Assembly: GCF_000485595.1 (NCBI RefSeq)
Contig: NW_014577071.1
Coordinates: forward strand, 970,722-1,018,943
Source: Priapulus caudatus
Taxonomy: Eukaryota
Direction: 5' to 3'
Length of the DNA: 48,222 bases
Below the pieces are notes generated by a model. It had not been told where the DNA came from, did not search any database, and worked only from the letters and a program-made list of their open reading frames with translations. Both the position numbers and the translations under genes were made by a program. Position 1 is the stretch's first letter. The number at the start of each line of letters is the position of its first letter. This document shows positions 1-11,922 of the stretch, one piece after another.

Positions 1-365
1 TTTGCAAATCGTGGGAAAACTCAATCCGGTCACGAGCGGCCAGGAGTCTATCGTGGCCATGCATTCGTCACGTATATAGTTTCGCATCAGGCATAGAACC
101 TTCGCGATGCCAGCCCGCAAGCAGTGAATTTCAGCTGCAAAACGAAGTTGACTCGCCAATATTGTCATAAGAAGAATTTTTCTATGACAAATAGTGTCAT
201 AGGAGAGCGTATATGCGTATTTCGTATTTTTCATAGATGCTAGCAGAACAGGCTGGCATCGCGAAGGTTCTATGCCTGATGCAAAACTATATACGTGACG
301 AATGCATGGCCACGATAGACTCCTGGCCGCTCGTGACCGGATTGAGTTTTCCCACGATTTGCAAA
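1..365. repeat. Long inverted repeat (fold-back): arms 1-115 and 251-365 around a 135-bp spacer; left arm cut by the window edge
   Basis: The reverse complement of 1-115 (tttgcaaatcgtggg...gatgccagcc) matches 251-365 (ggctggcatc...cccacgatttgcaaa) with one mismatch. Confidence 0.95.
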
Positions 366-580
366 ACACGGCCGTCCATTCCCAAATGCAAACTAAATCA
401 CTTGGTCTGAGCATCGGGTCGTTCTATATGGTTGCGCGAGTGTTGCTTTACTTCAAAGAGGTGTCGAAATGTACAGCGTGCATCCATCCGTATACATACA
501 TAGACCGCGTACGTGTCAATCAACAAGATTCGACGCGCTGGCTACCTAGCGTACGTTGACGCTTTTTGAAGACGCTGACA

Positions 581-756
581 GCGAGAGAGAGAGAGAGAGC
601 GCGCGAGAGAGAGAGAGAGAAAGAGAGAGTGGGGATAGCGGGAGAGAGAGAGAGAGAGAGAGAGAGCGCGCGCGCGAAATCTAATCCCTTCCCGCTGTTT
701 AATACGGTTAACGAACGTGACCAAACCACTTTTGTCCTGACGCGTTCGCGTGAGGA

Positions 757-809
<53 letters not shown>

Positions 810-890
810 AGGGGAGAGAGAGAGAGAGAAAGAAATAGAAAAAGAGAGAGTGAGAACGGGAGAGAGAGCGTTCGCGAGAGGAAGAGGGGA

Positions 891-925
<35 letters not shown>

Positions 926-1184
926 GAGACAGAGAGAGGAAGAGAGAGAGAGAGAGAGAAAGAAAGAGAAAAAGAGAGAGGGGAGAGCGGGAGAGAGAGC
1001 GCGTTCGCGAGAGGAAGAAAGAAAGAGAGAGAGAGCGAGAGAGAGAGAGAGAGAGTGAGAGAGAGATAGAGAGAGAGAGAGAAAAGGCGAGGAAGAGAGA
1101 GAAAGAGAGAGAGGGCACGCGAGAGAGAGCGTTCGCGTTCGAGCGCGAGAGCGAGAGAGATAGCGCGCGCGCGAGAGAGAGAGA
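581..1184 (+). repeat. Compound (AG)n polypurine tract interrupted by GCGTTCGCG / GCGCGCG modules
   Basis: Directly visible; gcgttcgcg recurs near 742, 868, 1001 and 1128. Produces the spurious RE/ER and SL ORFs. Confidence 0.95.

Positions 1185-1278
<94 letters not shown>
1185..1278 (+). repeat. (TTAG)n microsatellite, about 23 perfect copies
   Basis: Directly visible. Confidence 0.98.
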
Positions 1279-1311
1279 GATATCGTTCGTTTACTATAGT
1301 TCGTGCAGCAC

Positions 1312-1760
1312 TTGAGACATACTCGACGATGAACTACACACAAATGTCTTCATGCTTTCATGGCGGCCGCAGGCACTGCCATTAACGCTCGTTTCATATA
1401 ACACTTGTCAATGAGCGCTTGATTTGGAGCAACATGAGAACCGTCGCACCAATATATTGCGTGAGAGACATCGATAAAAGGAGAGAGAGAGGCAAGATGT
1501 GGCAACGATAATTGGATTTTAATTGCCTCCCATCTCCGAGAGAGGGAAAGGTTCGGTTAGATATTCTACCTGTGCGCGTGATAGCTTTCAATATCTCGCT
1601 TCGAAAATTACGTACGTGTTATAATAAATATTGGCATGCGCTGTGAACGTAAATTTTAATTATTCTTTTATGTGTAACGTAAATTTGGATTCACCCTTAT
1701 TGCGGTCGCCATGAAGGCATGGAGACATAATATGTGTGTAGTTTAAATGTGTTGTCTTAA
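1312..1760. mobile_element. MITE-like non-autonomous element with ~40-60 bp imperfect terminal inverted repeats
   Basis: 1331-1371 gaactacacacaaatgtcttcatgctttcatggcggccgca pairs with 1701-1743 tgcggtcgccatgaaggcatggagacataatatgtgtgtagtt; weaker pairing extends to ttgagaca (1312) and tgtcttaa (1760). No coding capacity. Confidence 0.55.
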
Positions 1761-2949
1761 TAAGATACATGGCCTTTCAAGATTTTGCAGGTGTTATGCG
1801 TAGAGTGTTAGGTCCTAGGTCGATAGAATTTTTGTTTGTTGCAGAAATTTCATGACGGTAGCAATACAAATGGGTTTATATGTATATTTATATAACACAG
1901 ACGAGCACGCAATAGGTATTCTAAACATTTTTGCTGTGAGGTTACTCCGCGGTTACGTATACATAGCCCATAGCAAGCAATTAATGTCAGGAACACTAAT
2001 ATCAAATCGTCCAGATTTTTTGGATTTTTAGCTAGTTGAGAAACAATCTTATCAAGTAAGAATTTCACGATACGTTTAGTCCCGTTAGTTCTTCCTTTTA
2101 ATGTAAAAAAAATGGGAACAAATTTTTTACAAATTTTACCATAGAAAATTCGTGACGTGGTCAATTCAAGCCTCGAATCCGTCCGGCTAAACACGTTTGA
2201 ATCTTTAATCGTAAATAGAGGGCTGGGGTCTATTCAAAAGACGCCAGTCTTTCGCGCATTTCCTCCTCGTTCATTCATGACACGGCTTGAATTTGCTGTT
2301 GACGCTAAAATTTAGAAATTTTATTATACTTCTAATTCCAGCCACTTTTAGATAATGCGACATCATCATCTCCATACATTCACCACAATAGAGTTACAAG
2401 GATGCGTAATATGCTGAGCAGGATATTATTTTGTGATATAAGTTATTAGATTACGAGACGAGAATGTAAGATATCGTTGGTTCACTGTTATGGACGGGTA
2501 GTCGTAGCAACGTAACACATAAACTTTTCTATTTTTTATTTTTTATTTTTTTTAAAGTTTAATTAGCTTGTTAAAATTACATATATATAATTGTAATGAG
2601 CATATAATTTGCCAGTATTAAATCATTTAACTAATTGACGTGTGTAGTACATTAAGATGCGGTCGTGAACATTAATTTTGCTTTTGCATGAGTTAATAAT
2701 TTTTACTGCCGGGGTATATAGACACTGAAATCTCAGCCAAGGCAGTGTTCATTATTATCAAACGGGCACTACGTATTTACTCAGTATTTTTTGCGTTGCG
2801 CTTATTCAACTAGCGCGTAAATACATTTCTTTGTCACGTATATCAGGACCGCGAAGAAAATATGTGATTATCTGATACCGTGCAATGAATAAATATTTAG
2901 AAATGTGTTTCGCTTTCAGAGTTTTGGCAAATTTATTAAGCTGTATTAT

Positions 2950-3060
2950 ATATAATAAATAATAATATGTATAATGATAAATAAATGATAAATGAACTGT
3001 ATAATAAATAATAATAATATGTATAATGATAAATAAATGAAATAAGTAATTATAATAAAA
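2950..3060 (+). repeat. AT-rich tandem duplication (about 2 copies of tataataaataataatatgtataatgataaataaatga)
   Basis: Directly visible. Confidence 0.8.
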
Positions 3061-4950
3061 ATGTTAATACGGCGCATTTGGACCGTCTAAATGGTTAGTT
3101 TGAGATGCTTTGTTGTACGATGTGTCTGGTTTATCCTCGCTGCTGGAATACACTAGAGCTTCATCTCATAGACCTTGTGTCTCGTCGTGGAACGATGCGT
3201 ACCTTCAGCACAAATCGAATATGAAATCGCCCAAACATATATCGCGCAGTACCATGTTTACAGTTATTATACACACTGATCGTATATATTGCCTCCAAAT
3301 CAATTTCGCCTAAATGAGGCTCTCTATCGTTCCTTGCATTCATCGCACGCGGCTCAAACATCTTGGGAGGAAACTGCACCTTGTATGACTAGCTATCCTT
3401 CCTTCCCTTTCACAACATATAGTATTGCACATACTAACCTTACCATGAGTGTCATATTTTAGACTAAATTATAACTATACAGGCGGGTATAGTATATATT
3501 ATGAAATTCCTGGCCTTAATACGTGTATATAATAAGTCCATCTCCGAGCTAATAGACGAATGATATTTGAGATGAAGCCATGTAACACCGCCCTATCTCT
3601 GGTGGCACCCACCGCCCATAGCTCTTACGAACTAACCTTATGAATATCCGCGAAAGTCATGTAGTTTCTTACACACGACTCGGTGAGTCAGCATATTCAA
3701 ATATGCCGCAATGATATATGACTGCAGTGCAGTAAATCGGTCAATCAAGAACACCTGGTCTGTAGATCGAATTACGAGAGAGAACGGCAAAGGTCACGAC
3801 GATCAACCCTGCTCGATCTTCCCAATTACGAATGAGATTGAAACACGCGTATATAAAATCAATATAAAATGTCTAGATATAATTTTATCGCAAAGAATAA
3901 TCGATATCGTTTTATGGTATATATGAAGGCAGATATTAGTCCCACGCCCGAATACGTACCTTCGTACGTTCATTGATATCTCTATTGTATAGATAGATTG
4001 AAACGGATGTGATTTAATTGGGTTTTGTAACGATTGATGGCTGTTTCTATTAAGCCAGTCTTATGAGAAGTCTGGAGAATTAAGAAGTATATATAGCAAG
4101 GTCTTGAACAAGTGATCGCTGCAAAATCGAAATATTTTTGTTATTATAGTATTATAGTGTTATATATTAGTATATTATTTATTATTTATTATAATGCAAT
4201 ATGTGATTGGCCAAACCTGTGTTCGTGTTTCTATAAATCTGAATTTACGATGCAACGATTTCATTGAACTTTCAACATTGTTACGCAAACGTCATCCACG
4301 GTTTATGAGCCGTAGACCTCTGTGAGTTTTAAATAAGAATGCTTCTGTTAACGTTATCTAGAACATACATACCGCGAAACCACAACGTAATAATACCAGA
4401 CACATAAATAGGTTCGAAATAAACGTGCCTTGGATGTATACTGAGCCATACACGAATACTTAACAAGTAAAACGATCAAATATATAAAGCTCGTTCGTTC
4501 GTGCGGACGTGCGGAATGGTTAAAGCAAACGGCGCTCAATCGCATAAAACTTTCACTGGAAGAGAGATTTTCACGGTCAGACTGTTTATGATCGAATCAA
4601 GTACGCATGCGGATACTTTATGAATGACGCATATCGGCTCTGCTTCTGCCTTCGGTATAATTCCCCCCCAAGCTAGCTGCTACGCTGACTATAACAAGGC
4701 GTGACAGGACGTCAGGGAAGTAACCGAAGCTTCACTGCACAGTGAATCGCACCACTCCGAAAACCGGGATGGGTCTACTAACCTTTGACTCGGTTTGATC
4801 TCATTGCCATCAATTAGACTGCGCGCGCTTGCTGCCGGACCCGATCCTCGTATATTATCCTGCGTAGAAACGACGAGGAGCCCATCTAATCAGTATAGGT
4901 GGCGCAACGTGTCACGTCCATATTTAGTTTCTGTCCATCGAAGCGCGACC

Positions 4951-5050
4951 CTTCTACAGCGGCCAGGGCTGTTAGAAGCGCTACTCTTCTACAGCGGCCA
5001 GGGCTGTTATAAGCGCTACCATTCTACAGCGGCCACGGCCGTTCGAAGCG
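4951..5050 (+). repeat. Three tandem 35-bp units, each an imperfect palindrome
   Basis: Units start at 4951, 4986 and 5021 (cttctacagcggccagggctgttagaagcgctact and variants); no unique spacers between them. Confidence 0.9.
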
Positions 5051-5364
5051 ACGCATACTCTGTATGATATACCTAGTACGTGTAAACGACGAAGACACAC
5101 AACACGCCAGGTTGCCAAGTGCCAACGGGACACCCTTCTGATACGGCGATGAGGCGGATAGAGTAGAGATGAGTTCCAAAAACGCGTGACAATTACATTG
5201 GCGCTCTGCAAACCCCACGACAGATGGCGCTCTCGCTACGCTCAATTCGAGCGTATCCGGATTGTACGAAGGGGGCGCAGCATGCAGTTTGGGCGCTCTG
5301 TTTAACGAGGGATTTATATTAATAACAGCTCGAACGATTCGCGTCATATCTCTGCATCGCAACA

Positions 5365-5510
5365 TGTTCTGCTTGCATCTATGACAAATACGACATACGC
5401 ATAATATTATACGCTCTCCTATGACACTATTTGTCATAGAAAAATTCTTAGCTTATGACAATACTTGCGAGTCAACTCTCGTTTTGGCAGCTGAAAATTC
5501 AACTGCTTGC
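5365..5510 (-). repeat. Inverted copy of the 118-250 spacer
   Basis: tgttctgcttgcatctatgacaaatacgacatacgc...ctcctatgacactatttgtcatagaaaaattctt...cagctgaaaattcaactgcttgc is the reverse complement of 118-250 with a few differences. Confidence 0.9.
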
Positions 5511-5574
5511 TTCAATAATAGGCGCTCCTAAAACTACCTATGATGCCACAACACATACCAAGCTAATATTTGTC

Positions 5575-6076
5575 ATCGGAAGAATCTCCTATGACATAAT
5601 AGTGTATAGGAGAGCGTATATGCGTATTTCGTATTTTTCATAGATGCTAGCAGAAATCAGGCTGGCATCCGGAAGGTTTCTATGGCCTGATGCAAAAACT
5701 TCATATCGTGACGAAATGGCATGCCCGCATAGACTCCCTGCGCTCGTGATCGCGGATTGAGTTTTCCCAGCGATTATTAAAAACACGGCGCCGTCATTCG
5801 CAAATGGCCAAATAAAATCACTTGTCCTGAGCATCGGGTCGTTCTTACGTCCTGGTTGCGCGGGTTTGCTTTAACTTCAAAGAGGTGTCCGAAAATGTAC
5901 AAGCGTGACATCATACGTAATACATACATAGAACCGGTACGTGTCAATCAACATAGATTTCGAACCCGCGTGGCTACCCATAGCGTACGTTGACGCTTTT
6001 TGAAGACGCTGAACAGCGAGAGAGAGAGAGAGAGCGCGCTAGAGAGAGAGAGAGAAGAGAGAGTGGGGATAGCGGC

Positions 6077-6108
<32 letters not shown>

Positions 6109-6120
6109 AGAAGAGGCGCG

Positions 6121-6158
<38 letters not shown>

Positions 6159-6960
6159 CGCGCGCGAAATCTAATCCCTTCCGCGCTGTTATAGCGGTTA
6201 ACGAACGTGACCAACAACCACTTTTGTCCTGAACGCGTTCGCGTGAGGAGAGAGAAAGAAGAGAGAGAGGAGTTAGAGGGGGGAGGGGAGAGACGACGAG
6301 AGAGAAGAAATAGAAAATAGAAGGAAGAGTGAGAACGGAGAGAGAGCGTTCGCGAGAGCAAAGGGGAGAGGAGATTCGCCAGAGAGAGAAGAGAGAGAAG
6401 AGAGAGACAGAGAGAGAGACAAGCGAGAGAGGAAGAGAGAGAGAAGAAGAGAAAGAAAGAGCGAAAAAGAGAGAGGGGAGACGCGGAGGGGGGGGGGAGA
6501 GCGCGTTCGCGAGAGGAAGAAAGAAAGAGAGAGAGAGCTCAGAGAGAGAGAGAGGAGAGTGAGAGAGAGAGTAGAGAGAGAGAGAGAAAAGGAGAGGAAG
6601 AGAGAGAAAGAGAGAGAGTGCCACGCGAGAGAGAGCGTCTGCTTCGAGCGCGAGAGGCTGAAGAGAGATAGCGCGCGCGCGAGAGAGAGAGCGTTCGCGA
6701 GAGGGAGAGGGAGAGAAAGAGAGAGAGAGAGAGAGAGAAGAGAGAGAGCGCGAGCCGCGAGAAGAGAGATACGAGAGAGAGATACGAGAGCAAGAGAGAG
6801 AAGAGAGAGACAGGAGAGAGAGAGAGAGAAGAGAGAGAGAGAGTCGCAGTCGCGGCGAGCTTGAGAGAAAGAGATGAGAGAGAGAGGCGCGCCGAGCGAA
6901 AAATCTAATCGCTTCCGCTGTTAATGACGTTAATGCGAGCGTTGACAAACGCACTTTTGC
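5575..6960 (+). repeat. Noisy direct copy of ~165-1186 plus the start of a further AG-module unit (probably uncorrected long-read sequence)
   Basis: Colinear with 165-1186 but with many 1-2 bp indels (ggctggcatccggaaggtttctatggcctgatg vs ggctggcatcgcgaaggttctatgcctgatg); the aaatctaatc..ttccgctgtt module recurs at ~6167 and ~6900. Confidence 0.85.
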
Positions 6961-7283
6961 TGACGCAGCGTGATTCTAATTCGTTTTCCTTGCCGAGATA
7001 AGCCGGTCCGCGAGGCGGGAGAGTGCACAACTTGATGCCATAACGTCGCTTCCGTCCACGGGAAAATTGACGAGACGACCTCGATCACACGAATGTCATT
7101 ACGAGGATAGTTATTGGATATGTGGTATATTGGCAAAGACGCTGCAGGCTGCATGCCCGTGGGAAAAATTCCTTTGGAACGATAAGCGTGTGCCATAAAA
7201 TTTTCACGATTTTCCTATCGCGTAACTGATGGCTTGCTTGAATGACGTTGCTCGCATTTCACCGTGACAATGTTCCATCAATC

Positions 7284-7284
7284 G

Positions 7285-7315
<31 letters not shown>

Positions 7316-7506
7316 AGTAGTGGACCAGAAAGAGAAGAGAAAGAGAGAAGGAGAAACAATCTAATGTCATATTGATATGCAGAGTAGTTTATTTTATTTA
7401 CCAAGAGACAGAGATACACCGAGAGAGAGAGGGGGCGAAAGAGAGAGAGCGGAAGAGAGAAAGAGCGATTGCGAGCGAGAGACAGAGAGAGTGAGAGACA
7501 GAGAAG

Positions 7507-7553
<47 letters not shown>

Positions 7554-7623
7554 AGAATGAGAGCGAGAGAGAGGCGAGAAGAGAGGAGAGAGAGGACGAG
7601 AGACACGAGAGAGAAGAGAGAGA

Positions 7624-7709
<86 letters not shown>

Positions 7710-7812
7710 AAATAGAGCGAAGAGCGAGCGAGAGAGCGAGAGAGGTGAGAAGAGCAGATAGAGAAAGAGAGAAGAGAGAAGAAGAGAGAAGAGAGAAGAG
7801 AGAGAGAGAGCG

Positions 7813-7878
<66 letters not shown>

Positions 7879-8032
7879 AATGTCAATGCACAATAATTTA
7901 CAAGGGAGAGAAGAAAAAGAAAGGGATGAGAAATAGAGAAAGCGAGGGAGACGGCAAAATGTCAGATTATTAAGGAGAATAATTTACAAGAGAAAGAGAG
8001 AAGGGGGAGAGGAAAAGAAATGGATGAGGGAG
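7284..8032 (+). repeat. Degenerate (AG)n polypurine tract
   Basis: Directly visible; source of the 155-229 aa RE/SL ORFs. Confidence 0.95.
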
Positions 8033-9733
8033 GCAGCCTGGAAAATATTAGTTCTTTATGTAAAGTCATGCACTGAGAAGAAATCCAACGTGGTAATTTC
8101 TCATGCTACAAGACGGGAGCATTGAATGTAATAGAACTAAACTCGTGAATTTATATCACTGATAAATGCTCTATTAAAAAAAAAATACGTTGTCGGATTA
8201 TTTCGCCGAAACGGTTCAACGAAACCAGAATAGAACGGTGTTGGATATGAAAATAAGAATGCTAAATTTTAGAATAAACTTGAATAGAATTCCTAGGACG
8301 TGGTAACGAATCCATATTTCTCGCGTAATTAATGTGTCATAAATGACATGCTATCAATGTACACTCGCGTTGCTCAACGTAGTTTTTACGGCCCGCGTAA
8401 CTTCTATGTACATGCTTGAATATCTAATACTCGTATAGAGACGTGCTTTATATATACATCATGCTGGCGAAAATTCATGCGGTAACAGCAGTCATGCAGC
8501 ATACCGCCGCCGATTCCGTTTCTGCATTCAAACTCGGGCTGTGCAAATCAGTTTGCCATATCAGGAAATACTTAAAAATCGGTCACGTCTGATCCAAATG
8601 ATATTGTGAGAAATTACTATCCGAGTCTAAATCGGTTACATCGTAAATATGAACGAGCGCCACTGTTTGATACGCAGTGATTGCGTCGAACAAAAGAAAT
8701 GCGCAGTCAGTCATGCAGTTAGGAAATGCTGTGAAATTGTACTTTCTTGTCGGTAATGTGGTCATTCCGCCGAATCACGGATAGAAAAGATAGAGTTCAG
8801 AAGCGACGCATATCAACCGACATGATATAGCTGATGGAATGACGAAGAGCAGCGGAATCGCCCGAGGTTTGCCGAATGGCACGGCAATCAGTTCAATATT
8901 TAAATTAGATAAATGGTGACTTCTGTTCCCCCCTATTAGCAGCCGTGAAAGCCGCTACTCTACCACCCTTCTTAATTGTCGATTTATCACTCCAAACCCC
9001 AAAGGCGGATCCCGGAAGCTGTTGCCAAACTGGCTGCTAAAAATAGTCACGAAAAACGAACGCTCATGGCCCAGAGGTCTAGACAGAAATAGCATCGGTC
9101 TGCACTCAAACTATATTCTAATTGTGCGCGATGAAAGCAAGATTCAACTGATAACGCCTCACAGCGTGTCGCGATCGTAGACTGTTGGAACGCTTCAATT
9201 GAGCGCTTTCACATATACTAGTTTACTATATTTCCGCTCAATTCGTGTCCGTTGAACGTAGGAGGAACGGGAAAAATAACGTAAACGACATTGAAGAGAC
9301 GCGATTATAGTTGGCACGTCTCGGCTTCTATCTGCTATATTCTCGTTATTATGGTTGCGACGTATAGGAAAATATGCTGCTTCTAACTTTCTATCGGTAG
9401 TGCGAAATCGGACATGTCAACTTGAATATAAACTGCGAAACATCGGACCATAGTTATTTCTCTATTAACTTTCTAGGGTGTTATACCGCGGGTAGATGGC
9501 CGTGCTATTATATGGGAGCAGCTGGTACTAGCGCAAAGATTTACGGATATTTGTTCGCGCTCGTGGGAATAACAGAATCTTTTGCTCCCCTATGTATAGT
9601 AAAAAAGGCGCGGCACTTACTCTGGTGTTACGGTTTGCGCGAATATTTACATGAAAAAATGCGCATCGAATATTTAGCGCTACTAAGTAGATGAAAATTA
9701 TCTTTTGTTAAATGCATTTATGAAATATAAATA

Positions 9734-10062
9734 AGCTAAAACACAACGTCGGTTCAATTTCGCGTGATTATATTGAAATATCAGAGCAACATGCCCAATT
9801 ACGCACGTATATGTTTTTTTTCGTTAGCTTTTTTCGTTAGCTTATTTTTCCACCGCACAGTGATTTCTCCCACGAGGAGAAAAGCGACGAAAATAAAATT
9901 AGCTAAAACACAACGTCGGCTCAATTTCGCGTGATTATATTGAAATATCAGAGCAACATACCCAATTACGCACGTATATGTTTTTTTCCTTTTTTCGTTA
10001 GCTTATTTTTCTGCCGCACAGTGATTTCTCCCACGACGAGAAAAGCGACGAGAATAAAATTA
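9734..10062 (+). repeat. Tandem duplication, two copies of a ~167-bp unit
   Basis: agctaaaacacaacgtcgg...aaaagcgacga(a/g)aataaaatt starts at 9734 and again at 9901; few substitutions and one short indel. Confidence 0.95.
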
Positions 10063-10202
10063 TTAACCGCGAGTGTGTGTGTGCGCGCGCGCGATATCTT
10101 TCGCGCGGTCAACACCACAGGATTAATACTAGTTAGACCGTATATATATCATTGTGTCTTTTGTCTCTATATATTTCTATGGTCGACACAGACGAAAAGA
10201 AA

Positions 10203-10215
10203 ATATACATATACG

Positions 10216-10276
<61 letters not shown>

Positions 10277-10320
10277 GTATAATATATATATATATATACA
10301 TATATATATAGAACATATAC
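10203..10320 (+). repeat. (ATATAC)n / (AT)n microsatellite
   Basis: Directly visible. Confidence 0.95.
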
Positions 10321-11083
10321 GTACGATGATACTCAGCGAGATGTGGGGCAAACCGTGCGGGCGCGTCATCAGTGACGGCGTATCCCGGTCGCATATATGC
10401 AGCGTGTCATGCGCACGCACGCAATAGTGCGCTACCTTCCTCCGAGAAAGACGCGCCATTAGGTCACATTACGTGATTGCTGCTCGTGGGAAGGGAAAAT
10501 AATGGAATCGTTCCGAAAACGGAAGGCTGGAGTAGCTTGACCTCCTAAGAAGAGCTTGCCCCCCATTACATCCCGCATGGCCACATAATGATCAAATCCC
10601 CGTGCGCAATGTGCCGTACTAGACTTGCTCATATTATCAAGCTCATATTACCATGCTCATCTTACCTTCTTAATATGCTCTTGATATTATGTGTATAGTT
10701 GTAGCATATTATGTAGAGGGAGTAAGCTTGTCACAGGGAGTAAATAGGTCATGCTCCACTGGCCCATGTGAAGGGTTCGCGACAGATGACAAATCGCACT
10801 GCGACACACATCGCCGTCTCGCTCACGGACTCTTGAGTTATTTCAATAATAAATTGATGGTAAATGAACACGAAATGTATATTTACCACCAATTAAGGTC
10901 ATAAAGTTTATCTGTTCTCTTTCGCCTATCCTTACTAATAATTCCCGATAAATTCCGTTCAAATCTTTCTCTGCTACACACAATCGCACCGCACGCAAGC
11001 CACTGTGCACAAACTCACATCAAACTCTATGTTTTATGGATATGGCCGGGAATATGGTCGCCATCAAGTCTACCACCCCGAGG

Positions 11084-11545
11084 CTGCAGTGCGTGCAGCA
11101 GTATGTGCTGCAGTGTGACTACAATGTGCGCTGCAACGTTACTGCAATGTGTGCTGCAGTGTGACTGCAATGTGTGCTGCAGTGTGACTGCAGTGTGTAT
11201 TGCAGTGTGACTGCAATGTGTATTTGGCATGTGGACTGGCAATTGTGTGGGCTACAGTTTGACGTGCTGCAGTGTGATTGCAATATGCGCTGCAATTAGA
11301 CTGCAATATGTGCTACAGTGTAGTTGCAGTATGTTCTTCAACGTGACTGCAATATGTGCTGAAATGTGACTGAAATATGCGCTGCAATGTGACTGCAATA
11401 TGCGCTGCAATGTGACTGCAATGTGCGTTGAAATGTGCCTGCAATGTGCTCTGCAATGAGACTGCATATGTGCTACAGTGTAGTTGCAGTATGTTCTTGA
11501 ACGTGTCTGTAATGTATGCTACAGCGTGACTGCAACATGCACTGC
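11084..11545 (+). repeat. 23-bp minisatellite (consensus gtgctgcagtgtgactgcaatgt), roughly 18-20 diverged copies
   Basis: Period of 23 is clear at 11151/11174/11197; each unit holds two related tgca half-units. Confidence 0.9.
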
Positions 11546-11922
11546 GTCACGTGGCTATACTGGTGCATGGCCATCTAATCAGCTAGTTTTACGCATAGAT
11601 GTAATAACAGTGTTGTTATCTCTTTTTTTAGTTCGTCGTAAATCATATATGTCATCATCAAAACGAACTTTGCCTCGCTGCAAAGCGTCTGCAATCATTT
11701 GCTACGCAGTAGTTTCAGTCCAGTACAAGTACATTTTTATCTAGCCCGACGAGGCTGTGCGACTGATTGGTCTTCTAATTCAAATTCAAATTCAAATTCA
11801 AAAATGTTTATTCGCGCATTACAATATACATAAATAATATAATGGGAATATTAGTATCAGAATTACGTAGGAGGGCGAGTTGACTGGGAAGTCTTCGAGT
11901 CAGCCACTCCTTAAATGTGATA

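Noticed and set aside
1185..1278. Telomere-like repeat
   Set aside because: The unit is TTAG, not TTAGG or TTAGGG; the tract is short and internal.
1850..2194. 114-aa ORF with an ankyrin-like IVKFLLDK word
   Set aside because: No TPLH motif or repeat periodicity, and no other recognisable similarity.
4951..5050. CRISPR array
   Set aside because: The repeats abut with no unique spacers, there are no cas genes, and the context is eukaryotic. The 46-bp and 23-bp arrays fail for the same reasons.
520..7936. Long RE/ER-rich and SL-rich ORFs (up to 326 aa)
   Set aside because: They are translations of (AG)n/(CT)n tracts, which lack stop codons in all frames.
8583..9047. Minus-strand frame of ~155 codons broken by a single TGA (possible exon or selenoprotein)
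   Set aside because: No recognisable domain, no SECIS identified and no convincing exon structure; compatible with chance.
10700..10978. Possible solo LTR (TGTAGCA...TGCTACA with internal AATAAA)
   Set aside because: The flanks (atagt / cacaa) give no target-site duplication, and there is no PBS, PPT or second copy in the window.
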